DNA from: Candidatus Brocadiia bacterium
GTDB lineage: Bacteria; Planctomycetota; PUPC01
Assembly (NCBI GenBank): GCA_030605345.1
Contig: JAUWIN010000003.1
Location: 1 to 55,053, forward strand
Length of the DNA: 55,053 bases
Direction: 5' to 3'
Below, piece after piece: positions 38,577 through 46,646 of the stretch (the first letter of the stretch is position 1; each line of letters starts with the position of its first letter). Both the position numbers and the translations under genes were made by a program. Below the pieces are notes generated by a model. That model made no database searches. It was not told the DNA's origin and saw only the letters and a program-made list of their open reading frames with translations.

Positions 38577-40115
38577 ATGCGTCGATGCTGGTTAACTGGT
38601 ATGGCGCTTGGTCTGTTGTTGCTCTCGGGAGCTGCCTCAAACTCCTACGCGTCCAAATCACTCGAAATAACCGCAGGCGCAAAACGTGCCCGCGTCCTCA
38701 TCGTCCCCATCGAGGGCCCGATTGACCGCATTCAAGGCGCCTTTCTGCACCGCATCCTGGCCGGAGCAAAACACAAGTATGACGCGGTCATCTTCGACAT
38801 CAATACCCCCGGCGGCCGCATTGACATCATGGCGAAGATGTCTGATGACATCGTCGGCCTCGCACCGACTCCCACCATCGCCTTTGTCTCCGGGCGGGCG
38901 CTGTCGGCCGGCTCGTTCATTGCCATGTCCGCAGACCGCATCTACATGGCGCCGCGGGCACTAATCGGCGCGGCTAAAGCCTATGTGGCGGGCCCCAAGG
39001 GCCTGCCCGTGGAGCTGCCAAAATCGATCGACGAGAAACTGACCTCGGCCAACAGAGCACAGTTCCGCGCCCTTGCCGACGCCAAGGGCTATCCGCCCGC
39101 AATCGCTCAGGCAATGGTGGACGAACCCCTTGAAGTAAAGAAGGTTGTCTTCGACGGTAAAGAGATGTATCTTAGCAGCAAGGGTCTCGAAGAACTGGAG
39201 GCGGACCCGCTAAAAAAGGATAAGCTGAAGGTTTTAGAGACCGTCTCGCGGAAGGGCAGACTGATTACATTCACCGCAAAGGAAGCAGTCAAATACGACA
39301 TCGCACGCGGGGTGGTCAGCGACCTCGACGCTCTCCTTCAACTGGAAGAGGTGAATCTGGCGGATGCCGAGCGCGTGCGGCAGGCCCAGAACTGGTCGGA
39401 CAAGCTCATTGCAGTCCTGACCACTCCCCAACTCGTCGGGCTCCTGGTCCTGGTTGGCTTCGGCGGGGTGTGGTTGGAGATGAAAATGCCGGGGTTCGGG
39501 ATTCCCGGAACAGTCGGCGTGATTGCGTTCCTGCTGGTGCTTGGTTCGCAGTTCCTCGTCGGCAACGCCAACGCCCTGGAGATACTTCTTTTCGTCATCG
39601 GGATTGCGCTTCTGGCGATCGAGATTTTCGTTACCCCCGGCTTCGGTTTCATCGGCGGGGGGGGGGTTATTTGCGTGCTGGTCTCGCTGCTGCTGGCGAT
39701 GCAGTCGTTTGCACTGCCCCAGGCGCCGTGGGAGTTCCGCACCCTCAAGTTCAACCTGGCGGCGACCCTCTGCGGAGTGGCCGGTTCGTTCCTCGTGCTC
39801 CTGCTCGCCACCTGGGTCATCCCCGGCACCCCGATATTCAACAGGCTGACACTCCAGAAACAACTCAAAAGCGACGAGGGCTACGGGAGCGGCGTGCAGG
39901 AGGGCCCCGCGCTGGTGGGCAAGGTCGGCACGGTAGTCTCGGCGCTCCGGCCGGCGGGAAAGCTAGAGATCGGCGACAGAACGTTCAGTGTCGTCTCCGA
40001 CGCAGCGTTCGTTGGCACCGGGGGCAAGGCCCGGGTGGTGCGAGTGGACGGGCCGAAGATAGTGGTCGAGCCGCTGGAGCCGGAAAAACCAAGGGAACCT
40101 GATTTCCAGGCCTGA
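38577..40115 (+). CDS. NfeD-family membrane protein, long form (ClpP-class serine protease domain + TM block + C-terminal OB fold)
   Basis: The signal peptide reads MRRCWLTGMALGLLLLSGAASNSYA. It has the protease-like FDINTPGGRID and GRALSAGSFIAMSADRIYMAP, four or five TM helices, and an OB-like GKVGTVVSALRPAGKLEIGDRTFSVVSD. An alternative start is at 38544. Confidence 0.8.
   Translation: MRRCWLTGMALGLLLLSGAASNSYASKSLEITAGAKRARVLIVPIEGPIDRIQGAFLHRILAGAKHKYDAVIFDINTPGGRIDIMAKMSDDIVGLAPTPTIAFVSGRALSAGSFIAMSADRIYMAPRALIGAAKAYVAGPKGLPVELPKSIDEKLTSANRAQFRALADAKGYPPAIAQAMVDEPLEVKKVVFDGKEMYLSSKGLEELEADPLKKDKLKVLETVSRKGRLITFTAKEAVKYDIARGVVSDLDALLQLEEVNLADAERVRQAQNWSDKLIAVLTTPQLVGLLVLVGFGGVWLEMKMPGFGIPGTVGVIAFLLVLGSQFLVGNANALEILLFVIGIALLAIEIFVTPGFGFIGGGGVICVLVSLLLAMQSFALPQAPWEFRTLKFNLAATLCGVAGSFLVLLLATWVIPGTPIFNRLTLQKQLKSDEGYGSGVQEGPALVGKVGTVVSALRPAGKLEIGDRTFSVVSDAAFVGTGGKARVVRVDGPKIVVEPLEPEKPREPDFQA
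39657..39666 (+). repeat. G10 homopolymer inside the NfeD long-form coding sequence
   Basis: Bases 39657-39666 are ten consecutive G, encoding GGG in FIGGGGVIC. It is the longest homopolymer I noticed in the window. Confidence 0.9.
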
Positions 40116-40131
40116 AACAGAGACCCCGCCT

Positions 40132-40638
40132 ATGGAAGGGATTGTGTTGCCCCTGGAGCTGCTCGGACTGGGGGGGCTCACTTTGTTCCTGGAGGTGTTC
40201 GTGCCGTCTGGCGGGGTGATAACCGTTATGGCGCTCGGTTGCTTCGGGGCTGCCGTGGCGCTTGCGTTCGTCAGAGGGGGAACTCACACCGGGCTGGCAT
40301 TTCTGGCGGCGGTGATACTCCTGGTGCCCGCCTGCATAGTCATCGGGTTCATCGTGTTCCCCAAAACCCCCATTGGAAAGCGGCTGATGCTCCGAAGCTC
40401 CCAGTCTCCCGAGACCGGTTACGTGGCGCAGGATTCGAAGGAAAAAGAGCTTGTCGGGCAGACAGGTGTGGCCCTGTCGCACCTCCGGCCGTCCGGCGAG
40501 GCAAAAATCAACGACCGCAGATACGACGTGATAACCGAAGGCGAAATGATTGAAAAGGGGACTAAAATTGTCGTCCGGAGCGTCGGCGGGAACCGCATCG
40601 TAGTGCGCAGGGCACAGCCAGAGCGGGAAACATCGTAA
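40132..40638 (+). CDS. NfeD-family protein, short form (TM + OB fold)
   Basis: Three TM helices, then GQTGVALSHLRPSGEAKINDRRYDVITEGEMIEKGTKIVVRSVGGNRIVV (NfeD C-terminal OB pattern). Confidence 0.7.
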   Translation: MEGIVLPLELLGLGGLTLFLEVFVPSGGVITVMALGCFGAAVALAFVRGGTHTGLAFLAAVILLVPACIVIGFIVFPKTPIGKRLMLRSSQSPETGYVAQDSKEKELVGQTGVALSHLRPSGEAKINDRRYDVITEGEMIEKGTKIVVRSVGGNRIVVRRAQPERETS

Positions 40639-40668
40639 CCGCTTGAACTACTTTTGGAGGAATGAGCC

Positions 40669-41709
40669 ATGTCAGATTTATTGTATCTGATGCAGGGAGG
40701 CAAGGAAGGCATCGGGGCCGGATGGGTGATACTGTTCTTTGTGCTCGGTCTCGCCGTCCTGGTGTTTATTGGGCTGGCCATCTCATTTTTCAACCTGTGG
40801 TTGCAGGCCCTGCTGTCGGGCGCCCATGTCAGTTTCCTTAACCTGGTCGCCATGAGGTTGAGGAACGTGAGTGCCAGGGTGATTGTTTCCGCGCGAATCA
40901 GGGCGGCGAAGGCCGGCATCGAGCTCGACACTGACCAGCTCGAGGCCCACTACCTGGCCCGCGGCAACGTGCTCCGCGTGGTGGAGGCGCTCATCGTAGC
41001 CAATAACCCAAACATCGACCTGCACTTCCAGCAGGCGGCCGCAATCGACCTTGCAGGCAGAGACGTCCTCGAAGCAGTCAGGACGTGCGTCAACCCCAAG
41101 GTCATCGACTGCCCCGACCCCGCCAAGGGCAAGACAACCGTTGACGCCGTGGCCAAGGACGGCATCCAGGTCAAGGCGAAGGCCCGTGTCACCGTCCGCA
41201 CAAACATCGCCCGCCTGGTCGGCGGCGCCACCGAAGAGACCATCATTGCGCGTGTCGGCGAAGGCATTGTGACCACCATCGGATCGGCGGAGACCTATGC
41301 CCGCGTGCTGGAAAACCCCGACAGCATCTCGAAACGAGTGCTTGAAAAGGGCCTCGACGCAGGAACCGCGTTCGAAATCCTTTCCATCGACATCGGAGAT
41401 GTGGACGTCGGCGAGAACATCAAGGCCAAGCTCGACGCCGACCGAGCCGACGCGGACAAGCGCATCGCCCAAGCGAGAGCCGAAACTCGAAGAGCACTGG
41501 CCGTTGCACGCGACCAGGAAATGTCCGCTCAGGTCACCGAAAACCGCTCCAAGGTCGTCCTGGCGGAGGCCGAAGTACCCAAAGCCATCGCACAGGCATT
41601 CCGAGAGGGCAACCTCGGCCTGATGGATTACTACAACCTCAAGAACGTCCAGGCCGACACCAAGATGCGAGACAGCATCGCCGGCGAAGGCGGCCAAAAG
41701 GGCCAGTAA
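40669..41709 (+). CDS. floA: Flotillin-like SPFH protein FloA (UPF0365/YqfA family)
   Basis: [63 protein letters not shown] and a C-terminal EA-repeat-like helix. It is adjacent to the NfeD genes. Confidence 0.85.
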   Translation: MSDLLYLMQGGKEGIGAGWVILFFVLGLAVLVFIGLAISFFNLWLQALLSGAHVSFLNLVAMRLRNVSARVIVSARIRAAKAGIELDTDQLEAHYLARGNVLRVVEALIVANNPNIDLHFQQAAAIDLAGRDVLEAVRTCVNPKVIDCPDPAKGKTTVDAVAKDGIQVKAKARVTVRTNIARLVGGATEETIIARVGEGIVTTIGSAETYARVLENPDSISKRVLEKGLDAGTAFEILSIDIGDVDVGENIKAKLDADRADADKRIAQARAETRRALAVARDQEMSAQVTENRSKVVLAEAEVPKAIAQAFREGNLGLMDYYNLKNVQADTKMRDSIAGEGGQKGQ

Positions 41710-41754
41710 CTACCCAGGCAACGGCAACAAGCGGCCACCGACAGGAGTTGATAC

Positions 41755-42393
41755 ATGCCCGAACTCCGTATTTTCGCCATCGCCACAATAGATACCGGCG
41801 AAATCATAGGAGTGCTCGTCTTCTTCCTCTACGGCCTGTTCTGGCTGTTCAGGAGGCTGGCAAACGCAAAAGAACAACAGAAGCGCCGCGCTGTAGGAGA
41901 AAGCGCCGGGCCAGAACAGGAAAAAGCGGAAAAAGAAGACGTCTATGTGGCAAACGAAGAAAAGGTGCTGCAGTTCCTCGAGACCCTCGGCGCCAAGCCG
42001 AGCCCCGAGCGCAAGCCGGAGCCCAGGCCGGCGCAATACCCGGGCCGCCAGCCCCAAAGGCCTGAACGGCCCGAGCCAGCACGCCGCATGCCCCAACCGG
42101 TCGAGAGGCGCGTTCGCCCCCCCCAGGAGCCGCCACCCATCGCCCGGCGCGTGCTGGCGTCAAACGGCAGGGAACCATATGAGTTTGGAGCCGAAACGTC
42201 CGCAATGCAGCCGGCACCCGCCCGGCGGCGGGAAGAGGCGCTCAAGGCCGCGCCTGAAGCAGAGGTCGCCCCGCCGCCAACTGTGGGGGAGCGCCTCGCA
42301 CTTCCGCGGCTTTCACAGCTCAAGAGGGCCGTCGTCCTGAGCGAAATCCTCCAGCGCAAACGCGGCCCTCACAGGTTGGTCAAGCCGCAATAG
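41755..42393 (+). CDS. Membrane-anchored Pro/Arg/Glu-rich low-complexity protein (hypothetical)
   Basis: One TM helix (IIGVLVFFLYGLFWLF), then PERKPEPRPAQYPGRQPQRPERPEPARRMPQP... It is co-directional with floA and 45 nt downstream of it. Confidence 0.45.
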   Translation: MPELRIFAIATIDTGEIIGVLVFFLYGLFWLFRRLANAKEQQKRRAVGESAGPEQEKAEKEDVYVANEEKVLQFLETLGAKPSPERKPEPRPAQYPGRQPQRPERPEPARRMPQPVERRVRPPQEPPPIARRVLASNGREPYEFGAETSAMQPAPARRREEALKAAPEAEVAPPPTVGERLALPRLSQLKRAVVLSEILQRKRGPHRLVKPQ

Positions 42394-42426
42394 TTACCGA
42401 CAAGCGCCGCTCGCCGTTCAGCTGCC

Positions 42427-42732
42427 CTAGTTTGCTTTCCGCAGTTTCCGGTGCCAGATGGTCAGGAAAATCGCACCGAAGATACAACCGAACAGGAGCA
42501 GCTTGAACGCCCCGAAAAAGACCCACACAAGTTGCTTAGCGTCAGCGAGCTTGACACCGCCCCAGAGGGTCTCCACGAACCCAGCGAGCGCCGGTGTGGC
42601 GCCGATAAACAACCACAAAAGCCACGCTGCCACAAGCCACACGGCACCAACGAAGACCGTCCACCATGCGGCACAGGCCGCACGTCCCAACCGCCTTTCG
42701 AACTGAGATTCTTCCATCACACTGTCCTCCAA
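42427..42732 (-). CDS. Small three-TM membrane protein (hypothetical)
   Basis: 101-aa ORF with hydrophobic segments WWTVFVGAVWLVAAWLLWLFIG and LVWVFFGAFKLLLFGCIFGAIFLTIW. No recognisable motif. Confidence 0.4.
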   Translation of the reverse strand: MEDSVMEESQFERRLGRAACAAWWTVFVGAVWLVAAWLLWLFIGATPALAGFVETLWGGVKLADAKQLVWVFFGAFKLLLFGCIFGAIFLTIWHRKLRKAN

Positions 42733-42884
42733 AGATTACTGCGACAGCCTACTCAGTCGCAGCGCTGCGGTCAAGAAAAATATGCCTGCCTGCCACTTGC
42801 ACCTTGCGGCTGGGTGAATTTGCGCTTGACCCCGGCGCCATATCGTGGCATAAAAATAATCGTCTGGTTATAGGAGGGAAAGCT

Positions 42885-43163
42885 ATGAACTGCGACCGCT
42901 CCATCGGCAGAAGTCAGGACGACCAGGCGCCGGTGGAACAACCTCTGCCCGGAAACGACGACGCAGCGGAGGAGAACGAGGGACCGATGCTCGAAGAGCT
43001 CAACTTCTGCGAGCTCTGCGGCGCCAGCGAAAACGACGACGAAGAGGGTGAACTTCTGCGCTGCGAGGAATGCGGCCGGCTGCACTGCGCCAATTGCCGC
43101 AAGTACGACGAAGAAGGAACCCCCTACTGCACCGACTGCTACGATGACCTGACAGACCAATAG
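42885..43163 (+). CDS. Small acidic 8-Cys double zinc-ribbon protein (hypothetical)
   Basis: ATG after GGAGGG. It has the cysteine pattern C-x2-C-x14-C-x2-C-x4-C-x2-C-x10-C-x2-C (CELC...CEEC..CANC...CTDC) and is very acidic. Confidence 0.5.
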   Translation: MNCDRSIGRSQDDQAPVEQPLPGNDDAAEENEGPMLEELNFCELCGASENDDEEGELLRCEECGRLHCANCRKYDEEGTPYCTDCYDDLTDQ

Positions 43164-43264
43164 GGGCGACTGCACCATAGCGCGCGTCGTCGATGGTCGT
43201 CCGCTCGCCATCGCCGCCTCTGTCCGGTGAACTGTGCCTCCTGTCAAATGCCGGCTGCACCCTG

Positions 43265-45073
43265 CTACTTCTGCTCCGCCTTCAGCACGGCGACGAATGC
43301 TTCCTGCGGCACCGGGACGTTGCCGACCATCTTCATCTTTTTCTTGCCGGCCTTCTGTTTTTCAAGGAGTTTGCGCTTGCGGGTAATGTCCCCGCCGTAA
43401 CACTTCGAGGTGACGTCTTTCCGAAGGGCGTTAATTGTCCTGCGCGCAATAATCTCGCCGCCGATCGCCGCCTGTATGGGAACCTTGAACTGCTGCCTGG
43501 GGATGGTCTCTTCCAGCCGTTTGCAGGCGTGCAGGCCGTACTCACGCGCCTTCGAGCGGTGCACCAGTTGCGAGAGCGGTTCCAGCCGCTCTCCGTTCAC
43601 CAGTATATCCATCTTCACCAAGTCGGTCTGGCGGTAGTTGGTGATGGTATAGTCCAGTGAACCGTAGCCCTGCGTAATCCGCTTGAGGTTGTCGTAGAAG
43701 TGAAATATGATTTCGGCGAGCGGGATATGGAACGACATTTCGACGCGCTTGCCGCCGAGGTAGTTGGTCTCAGGATTTTCGCCGCGCGCTGCGAGGCAAA
43801 GTTCCATTACCGGGCCGATGTAACACGCCGGAGCAATGATAGAAGCCCGGACGTAGGGTTCCTCGGCTTTGACAATCTGTGCGGGGCCGGGATAGCGGCT
43901 GGGGTTGTCCACCTCGAGGACTTCGCCGTCGCGCATGGTGATTTTGTACACTACGGTCGGCATGGTCAGGACAAGTGACACGCCGTATTCGCGTTCGAGC
44001 CGCTGCTGAATCACGTCGAGGTGCAGAAGGCCGAGGAAGCCGCAGCGGAATCCGAAGCCGAGCGCGGAGGAGGTCTGCCTTTCGTAAGTCAGCGCGGCGT
44101 CGTTCAGCGAGAGTTTTTCCATGGCGGCGGACAAGGCCTCGTGGTCGCTGCTCGCTACGGGATAGATGGATGAGAACACCATCGGCTTGGCCGGCTTGAA
44201 CCCCGGCAGCGGGTCCGATGCCGGTGTTTTTTCCAGCGTGATGGTATCGCCGACGCGGGCGTCGGCTATGCTCCTGATGCCTGCGAGCAAATAACCAACG
44301 TCGCCGGCGCGGAGTTCTTCTCAAGGAACCAGTTTCACCTGCATCAGGCCGAGTTCTTCGACTGTGTGAACCTTGCCCGTGTGCATCAGCCTGATAACGT
44401 CGCCCTTGCGGAGGGTGCCATCAACGATGCGGAAGTTCATAACCGCTCCGCGGTACCGTGTGTACTGAGCGTCGAAGATAATTGCCCGCAGCGGCGCCGA
44501 CACATTACCGCGAGGAGGAGGGATCAGCCGGACGATTGCCTCGAGGAGGTCCTCGACCCCTTCACCCGTTTTGGCCGAACAAAGCACGCGGTTGTCCGTG
44601 GACAGGCTGAGTTCGTTCTCGATTTCTTCCAGTGTGCCATCTATGTCGGCGGAGGCCAGGTCGATCTTGTTGATGACGGGCACGATGGGCAGATCGCGTT
44701 CCATGGCCTTATAGGCGTTGGCAATCGTCTGCGCCTCGACGCCCTGCGAAGCATCGACCAGCAGCAGCACCCCGTCGCACGAGGCCAGCGACCGTGAGAC
44801 TTCGTATGAGAAATCCACGTGACCGGGCGTGTCGATCAGGTTGATCTGGTATTCGGCCCCGTCGTTCGCTTTGTATGGGATGGTGACTGTGTTGCTTTTG
44901 ATGGTTATGCCGCGCTCGCGTTCGATGTCCATGGTGTCCAGAATTTGGTCGCGGAAGTCGCGATCACTCACCAGGTGCGCGTGCTGGATCATCCGGTCGG
45001 CGAGGGTGGATTTCCCGTGGTCGATGTGCGCGATGATGCTGATATTGCGGACGAACTCCCGGCCTATGTTCAA
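43265..45073 (-). pseudogene. lepA: Elongation factor 4 (LepA) interrupted by a single in-frame TGA (44321-44323)
   Basis: The N-terminal 250 codons (NISIIAHIDHGKSTLADR, DTPGHVDF, NKIDL) and the C-terminal 341 codons (ALGFGFRCGFLGLLHLDVIQQRLEREY...KCYGGDITRKRKLLEKQKAGKKKMK) are in the same frame. They are joined as ...LMQVKLVP*EELRAGDVGYLLAGIRS. Confidence 0.85.
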
Positions 45074-45232
45074 ATGCTCGACGCTCCTTGTTCGGGCGGC
45101 GGCAGTTAGAAAACGCCAAAAATGATTTTACTCCCCACCCGCAAAATAGTCAAACCGGCGAACTTGTGACGTTACGGGACAAGGCACAACCGAGCGAAGC
45201 TCTACCCACTCAAAAAATCCGGGCTGCGCCTG

Positions 45233-45262
45233 TTGCCTGGACTGACCGCGAACACCTATAAT
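45233..45262 (+). promoter_or_regulatory. Possible sigma70-like promoter for the pseudopilin cluster (TTGCCT-18-TATAAT)
   Basis: TTGCCT at 45233-45238 and TATAAT at 45257-45262, in the divergent lepA/pilin spacer. Confidence 0.3.
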
Positions 45263-45325
45263 TAACCCGGAGGGATAGGAGGAAAGGTCCTGTTTCTCCA
45301 TATAACTGACCGAGGTATTCGACAA

Positions 45326-46621
45326 ATGAAAAGGCGGGCGAAACGAAACCGTGCCGGGTTCACCCTGGCCGAACTTCTGGTCGCGCTGAGCATTATCGCG
45401 CTCCTGACCGTGCTTAGCATACCCGTAATCGGGCCCATGCTCACCACCACCAGCGTGGACAGCGCGGCGAACATGATTAAAGGCGCCCTAATGCACGCCC
45501 GAAACACCGCAGTGGCACGGGCCCGGGAGGCCAGTTGCTGGGTCGCCGCCGGCTCGGTGTATGACATGGGAACTCTGACAGCCAACACGGGCGGAGGTGC
45601 TTCCGTAGAACTGACCGTGGACGATGCGGACCCCGATTTCAGCTGCGACCACGGGGGCGTCTACTACACGGAATGGCAGGTGAATAGCGACCCCGAGGCG
45701 AACGGGGGGCAGGAACACGTGGCAGGCGTTTCCGGTTCGGCCGACCAGTACGCCAAATGGAATTTCACAATCCAAGGAATAGAAGGGTCAACCGGAGACC
45801 TCGATGTGTCCGCATGGTGGACGACGGATGGCATCTCGCTGCCTGGTTACCCTACCGAGGCCAGCCCTTACGGCAGTGTGCATTACGAAATTACATACGA
45901 GGGCGGGACCGCCACTTGCCAGGCTAATCAGGCCCAGAATGGCGCACAATGGAACCACTTAGGCACGTACGAGTTTAGGACAAATAAGGAATACACGATA
46001 AAGGTAACCGGTGAAGCTGGCGGACAGCAGCTTGGTAAGGGCTTCATAGCGGACGCCGTCAAAATATCCGGCAACGTGAAAGCAGAAGGCGGATTTGACC
46101 CTAGCGACTCGTTCCTCGTCGGCGGCAAGGAATGGGTAATAGATAAATGGAAAGACATGCACGTCGTTGTCCAAAACAGAGATGACGAAGACCCTACAGA
46201 TATAAGTTCGATTGTTACCGCCCAGATTGAGACGAATGCGGAAAACACGGTAACCGCAACGGAGAACTGGTCGGAGACGCTGGTGAACGGCTCTACATAC
46301 TTAATCACGGGGTCAGACCCCAGCCAACCGACCTCCAAGCGAATGTGCGTCGGCAGCGGGGCTGCTGACAATATGCGCTGGTCTGCCCTGCCGAAGGGGG
46401 CCGTAGTTTACCCCCAGCGGGCGGTAGATGATACTTCCAAGCTGTCACTCCCCATCTCGTTCCTGCCAACGGGGCGTGGGAACTTCTCTGCCGACCGGAT
46501 TACAATAAAGATTTGCGACGCGAAAGACCCGAACAACGAACAGTGGTGGCGCTTCGTCCGCGTCTACCGCAACACCGGCCGGGTTGTCGTCGCCCGGACC
46601 GTTGCCGAGCTTGATGATTAA
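45326..46621 (+). CDS. Prepilin-type (type II secretion/type IV pilin-like) protein with a CBM-like golvesin-type module
   Basis: It has the N-terminal cleavage/methylation motif RAG-FTLAELLVALSIIALL with Glu at +5. The internal module AKWNFTIQG...VSAWWTT...VHYEITYEGGTATCQANQAQNGAQWNHLGTYEFRTNKEYTIKVTG...FIADAVKI lies at about 45578-46091. Confidence 0.8.
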   Translation: MKRRAKRNRAGFTLAELLVALSIIALLTVLSIPVIGPMLTTTSVDSAANMIKGALMHARNTAVARAREASCWVAAGSVYDMGTLTANTGGGASVELTVDDADPDFSCDHGGVYYTEWQVNSDPEANGGQEHVAGVSGSADQYAKWNFTIQGIEGSTGDLDVSAWWTTDGISLPGYPTEASPYGSVHYEITYEGGTATCQANQAQNGAQWNHLGTYEFRTNKEYTIKVTGEAGGQQLGKGFIADAVKISGNVKAEGGFDPSDSFLVGGKEWVIDKWKDMHVVVQNRDDEDPTDISSIVTAQIETNAENTVTATENWSETLVNGSTYLITGSDPSQPTSKRMCVGSGAADNMRWSALPKGAVVYPQRAVDDTSKLSLPISFLPTGRGNFSADRITIKICDAKDPNNEQWWRFVRVYRNTGRVVVARTVAELDD

Positions 46622-46646
46622 CAACAGATTTCCCGGAGGCACCAAC

